A stretch of 64,000 nucleotides of DNA from the NCBI RefSeq assembly GCF_052425735.1, contig NC_135761.1, positions 38,688,001 through 38,752,000 of the forward strand. Direction: 5' to 3'. Positions 1 to 12,888 of this stretch are shown in pieces; the first letter of the stretch is position 1; every line of letters begins with the position of its first letter. A program made the position numbers and the translations under genes. A model generated the notes under the pieces. It was not told the DNA's origin, did no database searches, and worked only from the letters and a program-made list of their open reading frames with translations. Source of the DNA: Oculina patagonica. Taxonomy: Eukaryota.

Positions 1-569
1 CCCTCTTACTCCAGGGTACAGCCACTGGTTTTTGCTTTTCCGGTGAAATTAGCTGCTTAGGACTTCTTAATGGTCTGATAAGTCTAGCTTGTTGTAGATG
101 TCGATGACTTGCGTTAAACATAAAATAAACATGTGTGTTACTTTAGGTTATTCTTGGTCTTGCCATATTAATTGACCCTCACTTTTCCTCTTTCTCTTCT
201 TTCTCTTCTTCCTGAGCTCTTCCCACTTTTTGGGATTTTGAATGAAGCATTGGTGTTGGTGGAAATTAAGGTATCTCTTCCATGACGGGCACTCACTAAA
301 TCCACATCTGTAGCATTCCCAGTGTTAAGTTCTTGTAGGTAATGTGTCTGAGGCCAAATGCTGATAAGCCTTCATTGTCACCAGGGCCCTGGCACAGCAC
401 AATTGGTCTGTTTATTTATGTCTCGTTGTAAGGCCGAGTAGTTCTGGTGCAGTTCTTTGCAATAATTGTTTTATTATTTTCTGATCAGTCATTACAAGAA
501 AACCAGTACAGGTGTAGCTAAATTAGGGATATTACTTATGAAATGCATATAGTGAATTTTACTATTAAA

Positions 570-890
570 TTAAAAATAAGCAAATGAATACCATGCATTC
601 CAAAATTTAAGGTTTTTTCTTTTGTGTGAAAGAGATGGGAACATTTTCTTGGTAGTTCTCTTGTGTGCTGATCCCACAGTTTGTTGTACAAAGTCAGCAG
701 CTTTGTTCCAGTACTTATGCTGGTCACCAAATGTAGGCCATTCACCGCTCACCAGCTTGTTGAATAATGTTATAAATTGGATCAACGCGATCTTTTCCCT
801 CTTACTCCAGGGTACAGCCACTGGTTTTCGCTTTTCTGGTAAAATTCGCTGCTTAGGACTTCTTAGTGGTATAATAATAATATAATACAT
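570..890 (-). pseudogene. Myb/SANT-like DNA-binding domain exon, probably TE-associated
   Basis: PWSKREKIALIQFI...WP...YWNKAADFVQQTVGSAHKRT has Myb/SANT tryptophan spacing; its 5' part is duplicated at 1-160. Confidence 0.45.
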
Positions 891-945
891 AATATTTTAA
901 GAGGAGGCCTCCAATCACCTAGGGGTGATTTTCAGGAGGGTCCTC
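870..945 (-). mobile_element. LINE 3' tail remnant inserted in a local duplicate
   Basis: Sequence absent from the paralogous 1-160 copy; ends in (TAT)n on the minus strand. Confidence 0.35.
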
Positions 946-2405
946 TTGTCTACAACAAGAGAGGTCTTGTCAAGAGAGGTCCTCTTGTCTACAACAAGCA
1001 TAGCTTGTTGTAGCTGTTGATGACTTGCCTTTAACATAAAATAAACACACGTGTAACTTTAAGTTATTTTCAAATCAAACTACAAAATTGTGATTTGCGC
1101 AATCCTCTGCTGAAATGTTTATGGTGTACATAAATGTACAGCTATCTAATATGCTGGGTTTCTCTTTTTAGTATAAGACATCAAAAAACATGACAACTAA
1201 AGAATTTGAAGACACTTTCAATGCAAACGCCTGTTACTTCTGTTCAGATCGATCCCCTTGTGATCTCTGAGAGCTTAACATTAGACAAGCTCTCCTAGCT
1301 ACTTATATAAACTAATTCCTGTACTGTAGCCTGTATCTCCTCAACACCACATGTTCTTCTTGTACTCTTTTTCAGTGTTTGCATGCAGTTTTATTGCCTC
1401 CCCAGTGTTTTCGTAATGTTGTGGTAAACGCATTATTAACCTTGAAACAGATAAAACTACAGTCTCACCCACAATTTGAGCTCTTCAATTTAACGAAAAC
1501 CAACTTTCAAATATGGTTGATCTTGTTCTGGTATTTGTTGACAGGTATTTCTTTATTCAACATGGTTTTTAAAAGATTTTTGTGACAACAAGAACATGCA
1601 TTTAGAAAATGGTCATAGTATAGTAACTAGGCATTAAACTGGACAAGAAAATGGAACTACGTCAAGAATGAACAAGCAAATGCGAAAACGTTTGTTATTG
1701 TATGTGGCTATGATAAATAACTTTCCTTCTAAAAGGCATCTCCTTTTTGGGCATAGTGAAGGCTGGCCTCATAATCTTTGTTATACTTGGAGCCACTGCC
1801 CATGACTTGCACATTTCTTCAACTGTAATTAGCAGCTGAGCAAGGCTTTCTGTTGCTGATTAGGCATCAGATTGTTCCTCTGTTGACAAATTGTATCATT
1901 CCTGTTTGCTATGAGCACCATCTCAGTATTAGACCCTTGCTCCCAAATCTGTAGAAATGAACTTCCTGAGCTCCTCTGCTGAAATGCTTTGCTTTTTTTG
2001 CAGTGTACATGCAACTGTCTAATATGCTGGGTTTCACCTGTTAGTATCTGAAACCAAAAAATATGACAAGTGAAGATTTAAAGTCTTCAAATGCAAATGC
2101 AAATGCTTTTACTCATGCAGACTAATGGTCGGCCATTGGTTAAAAAACAATTTGCTTACAATAATGATGATGATGATGATGATAAACACAGTGTTAGTGA
2201 CAGAGAAGTTCATTTGCAAACAACGTCAACAGTACAAGTAAGACTTAATGACTACCAGTTATTCTTGTTCTTTCTCCGTTTTTTCTCTGACTCTGGTCAA
2301 ACTGAAAGGGTTCACAAGTTAAATGCCACAAGAAATGGTGTCAGCTGGGTTACGTGCTGACTTAACATGCTGCAGGGAGATTGCCATGTTAAGGTCCTGT
2401 GTCAT

Positions 2406-2690
2406 CTAAAAAAGATCTTTTGTAGCAATGCGAGTCTTCGGGCTTGTCTTCTTATAGCTTTTGGTTACATTTTTGTCGACAAGTGTCACATAATCCTTGA
2501 CTTCAGTCTTGTAATAGTTGGTCGTTTTGTCTGCTTTCACAAAGATGTTCTTCTCTTTAATTTCTTTGACGTCTTTACTAAGCTTTTTCTGAAGACCGTT
2601 GGAGTGAATATAGGTCTTGAATTCCACTTGCTGCATCATGCCAAGCATGCACTCCTCAAATTTGTTAAGTTCTTTGACGTGTGGTGGTGA
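2406..2690 (-). mobile_element. Penelope-like element, pre-RT region fragment
   Basis: FVKADKTTNYYK...Y..L...NVTKSYKK, the KADK motif that precedes PLE reverse transcriptase. Confidence 0.65.
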
Positions 2691-2818
2691 CTGTTTCGAT
2701 TCTGATATATATATATTTTCTTTACTTTATGCTTTTATTCTCTAATGCATACCTACAGAGTGATATAATAAACAAACCATTTTAGTGCTACGGGGTAAAA
2801 AAGAGAAAAAAAATGACA

Positions 2819-3184
2819 TCACTGGGATTTGGACTTACAACATCCTGACAACTTCTCGAGTGTTTTCATTTTGCATTTAACTCCTTCGCCATATCTTTTC
2901 TTCTGTGGGCTTACGTTCTTGAGCCACATTTGAAATTTGGCTTCCTTTCGTTTCAGTTCTTCTCTCTTCTCTGCCACAAAGCAAATAACTCGTGATTCCT
3001 CCTCATTTTCTTGAATAGTGAAGGTCATGAGCCTTGAAGACTTTGGATTTGCTGGTATCTGGAACTTGGAAACATTATGGACGTACCTTTGTACGTCTCT
3101 GTATTGACCAGATGAAGCAGATTTTGCTGGAGAATTTGAGGCCATCTTGAACGGTCTTGAACACGTTTTGACAGTGAGATGCAA
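2819..3184 (-). pseudogene. Uncharacterised, possibly OB-fold-like, TE-associated protein fragment
   Basis: YVHNVS...FTIQENEEESRVICFVAEKR; protein-like composition, truncated. Confidence 0.3.
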
Positions 3185-3475
3185 ATGTCAGGCTAATATG
3201 AATTGCCTGTAGGCTGCCTTACAGAAGGACTGTGAACTGCTGTCCTTGTCCGTTACTAATATCACCTGTGTTTCAAATAGAGAACTACAACACATCCTGA
3301 TCTAAGCAAAGTCTGTTAAAATGTACTGTTGATGCGATGCAAGTCCTTTGACGACAACATTCATTTTCAATCTCTTGTGGCATTGGCCTGCAATGGCAAC
3401 ATACACACCATTTAGGAACTGATATACTTCCTGATGGGCCAGGATCTGGCTAGGGGTTCTGTTGTTGGAGTGAAT

Positions 3476-3565
3476 AAGTGTATAAATAGGTACCGGCGAC
3501 ATAATGCTGGGGGTAACCCTGCAATGGACTAGCATCCCATTCAGGGGGGAGTAAAAATATTCCTA
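3476..3565 (+). mobile_element. SINE central-domain fragment (V-SINE-like)
   Basis: GGTACCGGCGAC..GCTGGGGGTAACCCTGCAATGGACTAGCATCCCATTCAGGGGG resembles the conserved CCTGCGATGGACT..CCAGGG SINE core; no tRNA head seen. Confidence 0.55.
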
Positions 3566-5219
3566 TTCCTAAATTTATTCCATTGGTAACTGATTTGTAG
3601 CTTCTAAACATCGCGTGACCTGAAGCCTTCATTTCGGCGGCTGTTGTTTTCTGACTGAACTCAACCTTTTTCACTTCTCCCACTTCGGTCAACTCATCGT
3701 AAACTTTTTTGATCTGCGCTGCGCCCAGTAATGCATCAACATAGACGAAACTTCTAAACATGGCTTGTTTTGTAATGCCTGGAGCTGCCATTCTTACAAG
3801 AACGGAAACAGATAGCAAGAGAACTGATTATAACCAGTGAATGGATCAAACAGCGTCCTTCTAAAGTTTATAATTGAAAAGTGAAATCTCCTCAAGCTAT
3901 GGCATGTTTAATGTCCAGTTCTGTGGTTAATAATGCTCACTTCTGATTGGTCATTCTTCGACACATTGAGAAAATCAAATTAATAAGTGATTATCAGGGT
4001 TGATTTATATTCAATACAGTTTGACTGCAGACACTATCACTCTCCAGCACCACTGGTATTGCCTTGTCTTCCAGTACTTTTCTTAATGGTTCAGGCATAT
4101 CCTTCATGACAAGCTGCCAAAATAATGTTTAAGAATTATAGAGACCTTGCTCTGCCAACATTGCAAAAACGCAACCCAAATTATTCAACTGTGCAGTTGC
4201 TGCATCTTTCAACAGAGTTCCATAGAAACTTTTATCTCAATTACTTTGATTAATAGCTAGAACGTCTGAAGGGGTCATCTTATTTAGCTTAAATCCAGAC
4301 CTGAATAGGCTTTTTTGAAGCACTTGCAACACTTCTGATTTTTTGCGAGAGTCACTTTTTAATCAACAATCTCTTTCCCTATTTTTAACGCTTGCAACCC
4401 TTGTCTTGATTCGTAGCTTGCCGAGAAAAACAGAAAATTGAACCATAAAATTAAAATTACAGTAGCATCTAGATATACCGGTATTTATCAAAACCAGGCA
4501 TCTCCATCATCAGTTCAATTTTTACTTCCTTCTTGGTTGATGAAGAATCGTCATTAATCTTAACAAGAAGATCTCTTAATCATTATAACTAGGTGTGCCT
4601 TCTCAATATTAGAAAGCACATACAATGTTGTTAATGGAAGGTCAGCTCCTTGTTTACCATTGATAAAAACCTCTCCAAGCACCATTGCTCTGCTCACACT
4701 GGCAATATCAGTTGGATCCACCAGACTTGTCCAAAGGCGTACCATCAAGAGACGTGGGCCTTCTTTTCAAATGGGTTGATCAAATACAGTTACTGCAAAT
4801 GGAAGGAAAATAGTTTTGGTTAAGACAATAATTCTAAAATGTTAAACAAAAGCTTAAATTTGTACAGATTAGATTCAAACTCAACAAACAAAAGTATGTC
4901 TGCTAGGCCGTAATGAAGCAGAATATTAAAGTCTAACCCAAATCTAGTTTATTGGGTTCATATAATAGGAGGTGTTTTGTAAAGCCCTTATACCCAACGT
5001 TTAATTCATAAGCAATTTCTAACCTTTAAACATCGTAGTTTTACACACCAGGCCAAAATTGAGCTTCTTCTTAAAGATCCTTCATTTGAAACGAGGAGAA
5101 AGTAGTACTCCTGAACTGAAATGTAAACACTTAGACTGTTTAACACCAACTTATCTCATCAAACAGTTAACTGGCATTGACTTAAAAATTAACAAGTAAG
5201 ATAGGCACTTTCTTTCCTA

Positions 5220-5640
5220 GGTCGCACTGGACCCAGCCTAAGATGTTGAAATCCCTTAGTCAGTGGGTTTATTTTTTCTGCATAAGTACCTGTGTGCTAT
5301 GTATAGTTGCACCATCAAGCCAACCATGTGGGGACATAATCAGCTGATAATCCTGTTCATCGAGATTTCGAAGTGAATGATGTCCTTTAGTGTCACAAGT
5401 TGTAACCATAGTAATAATATCATCTGCACTTTTTCCTTCACTGTCAGAATGATGTGCATTGTACATGTCAAGTTCAATAACCTCAGTTCACTAACATGAG
5501 ATCGAGAAGAACAAGGGGTAATTGATACTGGAACTGCAGAACTGTCATGCAATGACTTCGCATTGCTTTTCTTGCAGTTGGTGCATTTCCAGGTGATCTT
5601 GCTATTGTTCAGCATTCTCTTGTAACAAGGTCATGCCAAG
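5220..5640 (-). pseudogene. PHD-like finger remnant plus Ulp1/C48-like protease start (MULE C-terminal cargo)
   Basis: WKCTNCKK followed by DYQLIMSPHGWLDGATIHSTQVLMQK (WL-D..I motif of Ulp1-type peptidases); frameshifted. Confidence 0.45.
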
Positions 5641-6416
5641 TGAAAAAGAAATTTCCACTTTGATAAACTTCACTTTGGCACACAAGTTATTTGTCAGATT
5701 GTCAAGTCAAATATTAATTACATAAAAATTAATACAAACACTGTCAAGACTTAAAACTCAGCCTTTCTGTTGAGAACTTTGCTTTACTTTTCTTGAACAC
5801 TTAAACAGTCCAAGCCTGCAGCAATACAGGTATGGGTTATACCACTTCTAGAAGTGGATTGAAATTACCAAACTGGATAGAGAAAACTTAACAAATTGGG
5901 CATTCGCCTAGTAGCATCTCATCAGCATATCATTCTTCAGTAAAGTAAGTCAAAACAGCTTTCTGCGACGGTTTGGTTTATCTTGTTGACTGTACCTCAA
6001 AGCGTTTTAATTTCCGAAGCAATAAATTCTAACTTTTTAAGTTTACTGAGTATTTTATCCATCTTGTCAGTATCATGTTGCGCTTTTTCCATTGCTTGTA
6101 ATCCTGACAAGGTGCTGTTGTCACTTTCTTCACACTGTTCACACTCAACAACTGCAATCCTGAGCGCCTTGTAGGCGTCGTGCTGACACAGTTCCTTTTC
6201 TCCGTCTTTCAAGCGTTTGCTTTTCAGGAGAAAAGCTTTCTTCTGAGGATGAGTTTCTTTCTTTTCTTTTTGCACAGGACTGCAATTCCATAAAAATGTG
6301 AAAAGTACCAAGAAGGTAAAAGGTAGTTTACAGTAGTCTCTATATTACAGAGTAATGATAATCATTTCTTAAAAAAAAACACAAATGTTTTAAATAAAAG
6401 TTGACACAGCTATCAG

Positions 6417-6627
6417 TCAAACTCTCCTAGCTGGAAACCAGCTGACTCCTTTCCCCGTCAGTTCTAAATGTACTTCTAATAGCAAAGCAAGCACAAGCAG
6501 GAAGAGGAATTCTTTTCTGTCCAAGTAGCCATATACAAGCCTGGTAAATTCCCTGTAGGCTACATAAGTACCTGCACGTATAAGATTGGAAAGTGTCCTC
6601 TGACTTGCACACACTTTGTAATATCAT
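6417..6627 (-). pseudogene. KolX / P2X7-ballast-like C-terminal fragment (Kolobok-derived)
   Basis: Two frames join into YVAYREFTRLVYGYL-GQKRIPLPACACFAIRSTF. Confidence 0.65.
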
Positions 6628-8169
6628 TTTGTGGTAGATTTTTTAAGCCTACAAACAGAAAACCCCACAAAAATCTGTGGAAATTCTAAGAAGATAAGTG
6701 GTGATCCCATAAAGCCTGGTGCTTGCTCATTGAGAGGTTGCTGATTTTGTGCACCTCAATTGACGTAAATACGATAGGGAATCTTGAATATTCGCCGTTT
6801 TTGTTAAGCTCCTTTGATAATAAGCTTGACAAATACTGTTCTTCCTCCCACTTTAAAGGTCTCTGAATGTGCTTGGGCGTGCGATGCATTCTTTACCTGC
6901 CCTCTATACGCTTGTAGCTTTGTCTCCTAGACCCACAAAAGAAACCTATTTAGAGAACACATATTTTTAAAGAGAGCAAACTACTGGAAATTTGACTAAT
7001 TAGGACGGATCTCTGCCTAAATGTGCTACATTTATCTTTTAAAACGTCATGTTTTTTGTAATAATTGATCAATAAAACTGCATTGTATAGATTAAACTTT
7101 TCATTTATAAACATCTGTTCTTTCACCATTCTTTAACCACAAGGTAGGAAAATTAATAATATAATTAAAACCAGGCTTGCTCTCCAAAAAAACACCTAAA
7201 CAGGTAATAGGCATTCAAACACTCCTCTATGTCAACACCTCTTACCTAATAAGTAAAGTGATATGCTCATTCTCTCAATTGTAAAGATCTGCGATTCCTA
7301 CTAAATATTTCATATCTCACTTACTTCCTCTCAACCTCTTTCCAGTTTCCTTCTGGTCTGCTTTATGAAGAAATGCTCAACTTCTTTATCTTCTTTAATT
7401 CCTCCTCTAAATCAGTTAATAGTTCCTCGATTTGGTTTTTTATCAAGTCTCCACGTAGAGGCCTAAAGTGATAGCTTTGACAGACCACTGTTGTTGCATC
7501 TTTCCTTTCTGTTAGGTGTTTTTTTGTGGCTCTTTGGCCCTTAAGCTGTAGACGCCCATGCTTCTCTTGTCTTCTCTATAAAGGCCATTGAGTTGACATT
7601 TTGAAAGATTTTGCCTAGCCAGACCTGCTACAATTTATTGATTTCCGACAGTGGGAGAGTCAATTAGCTGGCTTCTGGTGATATCTTTGAAGGGGGTTGA
7701 GGCTATAAGTGGTTGTCCATTGTGTTTGATGCACTCTGCAATCTTCATGAGTGAAATTCTGGTCTGGAGGACTGGGTTTTCAATGAAAGGTTTTTGCTGT
7801 TGTGGTCTTTTCTGCGATTTCTTTAATTTCGAGGCAGCAGGCAACAATGACTTTGTTTGCTCTGATGTGTTTAGCGTATCGTGTTTGCGCTCACAGTGAG
7901 ATGAACTTCCTGTGGGTCGGAGTCAAGCATGTAAGAAGAGTGGACCTATTGTGAGGTGGGCGCCTCTGCTTTAATTTGGGAACTTTTAACTCTGGCAATT
8001 CTAACTCCTTTCCTATGTCTTTTTCCAACTGGACATCTTCAAAAACTAAGCTTAGCTTTCACTATTGTGGCTATCTCAGCTCTTGAGGTACTTGTGATTG
8101 ATGTCCCAGCATTGAAGGTTACTTAAAATATGTAAAATATGCGAAGGAAAATTAATTGATTTGGTGCTA

Positions 8170-8600
8170 CTTACTGACATGGTTCCATATTTCTTCTGCC
8201 TTATATCGCCTGAAATACTTTGAAAAACAAGGCTCTTCAGGTGATTCTGAAAATTGCTGTTCGTGCCATTTCTTAGTTAAACAATCCAACGTTGAATTAT
8301 ATTATTCATAAGAACCAAGCCACCACTGCCAAAAATATCATTTATGATATCATTTTATCATTTGTGAACGATTGTGAAAATCACAGTTTGCGACATTTGT
8401 CCTTGATGTTTCTTTGAGCGTGAACTTTACATACCGGTAACAATGACACCGAACTTGGGAAAACTTGGGCTAGAGCTTGTCGCGGTGCTTCTTCTGAATC
8501 AGTGCAATAACCCTTTAGGCTGACTTGCAAGCCAGGTACTTGAGTGAAGAGCTTTTGGAACAAAGTCAGGTGAGAAATCAATTCAATCATTTGGTAAAAT
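8170..8600 (-). mobile_element. MULE (Mutator) DDE transposase fragment
   Basis: YCTDSEEAPRQALAQVFPSSVSLLPVCKVHAQRNIKDK matches the MULE D...CxxH motif. Confidence 0.7.
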
Positions 8601-9149
8601 AGATTAAGATTACACATGTTCTCTTTGACCTCTAGGAGGAAACTCTTGAATTGGTTACCCTCTGACCAAAGGAACAAAATTGTATAATACCGCTTTCACC
8701 TCATTCTTTCCAGTAAGTGTCCAGAAATGGTTTGCTACCTCCTTAAGGCTCAACATCTTGGAGCTTCTAAAATCTTTTACTGGGAGGAAACCATAGAGTT
8801 TTCCACTTTAAGATGGGGTACATGTACCAGGTAAATATTATTCGATTTAATACAGGATTAGGAAAAAGTCAAAAGATAGATGCCTCGCGAGCAAAGACCG
8901 CATATTTTAAACAATTTTCAATCTGGTGAAGTTTTTTAATTATTTTTTGGTGTTGAAAAGAAACATTGGTGCTACCCACCCCTCCCCTTGAGTGGCCTGC
9001 AAGCAGGCTCACCTTGGAACACTGCACAAATAAAATGGGGCATGTGCGACTTCCTAGCAAAGCGATAGGTCCGGGAGGAGACTGGTGAAGAGGTGCCAAT
9101 AAAGTGAGCCTGCTTTGATTTTTTTCTGCTTTGATTGCTGTAAATGTTT

Positions 9150-10366
9150 CATTTCTGCTTTGCCCATGTGAGATGCCATTGGCCAAAAGGTGAGAAGGGT
9201 GAGAAAAATGTCAATCTGTTTTGTTTGATGAGGTGCAATCAGATCCTCAAGGAGTCAGTTTGCTGCAAGTTGTCCCATGTCGGGCGTAAAAAAACATCAA
9301 TATGGAGAGAGTTGAGTGCGTGTATTTGTAATTTTTTGTTAAAGTTGCAATCTGTTTCTGGTGTAATTTACAAGCTAAAAAAGATGATTGCTGAGCGACG
9401 ACAGCTTGTCTCGATCAGTTCCTTTCAGTACCGAATCTGATCGGCAATACTCTTTAAACTCCACGGAGACTTTTTGCTTCAACGCCGCCGGCAACTCTAC
9501 TGCGAGTTCAGCATGATTAAAAATACCATTTGCTGCAGCTTTCCACTCTGTAAAAGCAATTATTTTGACAATTGAAATGGTACTTGCTTCTTCCCGTGTT
9601 CTAACTTTTAACTTCCCACTTGGATACAGAATCAAAACCTTTACTCAAGTTTAACTTTGTGAGACAATATCTTCAACATTTAAAAGGTCTAGTCCCCAAT
9701 TGTCATTTGTTGCGTGAGTACTAGCTGTCCACCGGTGGATTTGTTGTTATCACTTGAGTCAAAAAGAATCTTTCTCAACAAAGGCTTTGGTCGTTTACGG
9801 CTTTCAATCCCCTCAGGATTGTCCAGGATCCCTTGCCCTTTTTGAGAGGTTTCTTCAGCAGAATTTTTTGACACTTTTCTTTGAGCAGGGCTTCGTTTGG
9901 GTGAAGAAACAGTTGAGGGAAGACAAAGCTTGAATAGGTCTCCACTTTCTTCATACTCCGTTCTGTAGCACATCAGCTAAAAATGAATACAGCTGGTGCA
10001 TATTTCTTTTTTTTTTTAAATTGCAACACAACAACATTCTTACAAAAGAAACTTACATTACTTACAAACACTAATGGCACATGCTACATTATTTCTTATT
10101 TTACGTGCACAAGCTTGGCAAACTCTGTCAGATTTATTCATGGAGAATGTAACTTTTAAACCAACATGTTTCCACAGTTTTGCGAGTATTACACTGATGA
10201 AACCTTTCTGCTTTGACGCTTGAAACGAATTTTCAGTTGCGATTGCATGAGTAGATTCTCCATATAGTACTTTCAATGAACACCCACACAGTCGGCAGAA
10301 ATCTCTAATCGAAGGAAGAAGAGGTTTTCTTCCACCCTCGTTGGTTTTCTTTAGTGTAACATTCAC
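9150..10366 (-). pseudogene. ZAD-like zinc-finger N-terminus of a decayed multi-exon TE protein (possibly Academ-type transposase)
   Basis: FCRLCG...SDRVCQACARKIRN (C4), followed by ORF pieces 9689-9973 and 9375-9635 with stops; family assignment tentative. Confidence 0.35.
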
Positions 10367-10545
10367 AACCGACGTTATGTCCCCATGTTAAAGTGCATGT
10401 TGTTGTGAAAGTTTGCATTTTCCCGGGACATCTAAAACTTAGAGTTATCCGCTTTCAATGCTTGTCACCTTTCCTGTCAAACTTCTACTTCCGTTGAACT
10501 TTAATTGGCTTATCAGTATTCCTGCGGTTTGCGGGGTTGGAAGTG
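10322..10545. repeat. Dispersed repeat; second diverged copy at about 20244-20400
   Basis: Shared GTGTAACATTCACAACC...TGCATGTTGTTGTGAAAGT...GACATCTAAAACTTA. Confidence 0.8.
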
Positions 10546-10589
10546 GAAAATTAGCAGTGATAAATTCAGGCTCACTTGCAACTGACGCC

Positions 10590-10770
10590 CTATCATTCAA
10601 TAACAAACAAATGCATTATACAGTGAAAACAATGAGAAGTCATAATCATCAAATAGAAAGTTATGAAATAAACAATGTATCACTCAGTTGCTTCGATGAT
10701 AAAAGGCATATATTTGATGGTATAAATACATGTACCAGTACATATACTTATGGCCATTACAAAAATATCA
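10590..10770 (+). mobile_element. Polinton/Maverick protein-primed DNA polymerase B, extreme C-terminal fragment
   Basis: KTMRSHNHQIESYEINNVSLSCFDDKRHIFDG...YTYGHYK, the LS.FDDKR...YGHY terminus of Polinton PolB. Confidence 0.75.
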
Positions 10771-10920
10771 AGATGGGGCTAAAGTACATTTCATTTTCAC
10801 AAACTTGTTTTTAATTTTTAAGCTTTTAGCAAAACATTTCTGCTGTAACTCACACTTAAAACGTCTAGGATAAGTTGTGACAAGTTAAAAAAAGCCACCA
10901 GAAACTTGGTGTGAGAAGAA

Positions 10921-11375
10921 GATATTTACATACATACATACATAAACTTTATTTGATTGTTCTAGTATCTCCGAATAACATACACTAATCTTAAGTATAA
11001 AATAGAAAAACTAACTGACATAAATAAATAGATATAACAAAAAGAATAATAATTCATTTTTATCTACAAAAGCGAAGAGATTGTCTATTTGTTCTAAAAT
11101 GTTTTGAATTTCTGGTAGTTTGTTCCATACTTTTGGGGCAAGATGACGGAAGGAGCAAATACCAAAGGTTTCTGTCCTAATGGCAGGTTGTTTGAGTTTG
11201 GCAAAGCTTCTAAGAAAATGGAAACCAGCATCACGCATCTGTAGATAAGGTCACAAATTGGACGGTGCAGCACCATTTAAGCATTTATGGACTGTAACTA
11301 ACATGTTCTGTACTCTTCTTTGTTCCAATGTAAGTATACGTAGTTTGCGCAGTAACTGATCATAGGTACTAGATT
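10921..11375 (-). mobile_element. 5'-truncated LINE (L2/CR1 group) 3' end
   Basis: STYDQLLRKLRILTLEQRR..HKCLNGAAP; FGICSFRHLAPKVWNKLPE; AATAAA followed by a (TATG)n tail near 10925-10950. Confidence 0.75.
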
Positions 11376-11377
11376 TC

Positions 11378-12212
11378 ACTTTCACTTTGTTTATAGCTCT
11401 TTCCACATGAATTCTTCCTGAAGCTATTTCTTGAGTGGCAATAACTTCTGAAGGGGTCTGTTGACTTCGTGAACCAAGAAATGGGGGGATATTCAGGCCA
11501 ACACCAATATGTTCAAGCAGGTCAGAAATGGTAAACCCCTTGTCAGCCGTCACCACATCACCTTGATCAAAAGGCAAGTCGAGAAACCCTGACCTTACTG
11601 TGAGCTCCCTATCTGAAATACTTCCTGCATAGAGTTGGGAAATAAATGTTATAGGGGTGCGATCCCAATCAGACTTTTAAATGTCGTATGGCTCTTGTAC
11701 GAAGAATAGGTTTCACTGTGTAAAACTAAGGAAGAAGGGGTCTGTCATTTGATCTCTTTTCCATGAATAATGATTGTTGTTTTAGGGAACTTATCCCTGG
11801 GGCATTGCTTTGTCTATTGCCTCTCTGTTTGGCCTGATGTTAAGAAAGCCAAAAGTACAAAAGCCAAAAAGCCAAAAGTACAAAAAAATTGATCCAGGAA
11901 ATACAAATCCTGTTTACTGTAGAAACATATATCCTGAATCTGTGAGCTAAATCAAGTTTAAATAAGCCAAGTCTCATTCTCTCAAGCATCAGGAAAAATT
12001 TGTCCAGGGTACTAAGTTCTCGACATGGGCTGGGTTCATTTTCCAAAAAAGCCATCTGCATTAATTGATGATGTAAACTGTAGGTCCTCCTTCGTACTGT
12101 TAACATAACAATGTAAGAACCATTCTCACCTGGGTTAAAAAAATTGTAGCAGGCCAGAAGGGTTTGGAAATTAGGAAATCCCATGTAAAAAGTGATATTT
12201 CAGTCCAAGTCT
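11378..12212 (-). pseudogene. ISL2EU/PIF-Harbinger transposase, HTH and DDE_Tnp_4 part (3' half, split by piggyBac)
   Basis: FYMGFPNF; LERMRLGLFKLDLAHRFRIYVSTV; GDVVTADKGF..LNIPPF..IASGRIHVERAINKVK; several frameshifts. Confidence 0.85.
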
Positions 12213-12888
12213 TTAACTCTTTCGGTGCGGTTGTCAAGTAAACTCGACATTCGATTTCGTGACTCCCAGTGCGGTTGTCGAGTTTTCTCGACAAAATAAA
12301 CATTCCCAAACTCCTCTTCGAAATTGGCTTCTATAGGGGGATTTGAGCATTGAATTCGCTGTGTATACCCTCCCAAACTGCAAGCGTGACTAGATGTGCC
12401 AATTTTTGACTGAGTGAACCAGTTTGGGCAAATATTTCGCTGGAGTTCAAATTTCAACCGAAGCGAAGGCGAAGGCGTGATTTGGACGCCATGATGATCA
12501 TGTTTCGCTTCGTCATAACAATGAATGTTAAGCTTTTAACTGCTATCTTTATCGAGCACGTACGCAAATGGAGTCGTGGGATGAAATTGCTTGCGAAACC
12601 TTATGATTCAAGGCATAGGTATGTTCTTCATTCCTTTACTAGGAGTGTTTATTGCGTAGAGGAACTTGTGAGAGCATAATTTTTGTGTTTGCTAATTTTA
12701 GCTCATAAACTACAGGCTATATAATCTGTTGATTCACCTCAATAAAGTCATTTGACTTCAAGTATTAGCCAAGAGAGCTGTTTACTGTGTGAAATACCTT
12801 AGCTTAGTCCTTTCAAGCGCCTATCGTGCGTAAATTCGGTAAAGCAATTTGCAACCTTTTCTTGTTTACATTTTGCTGAGATTTAAAA

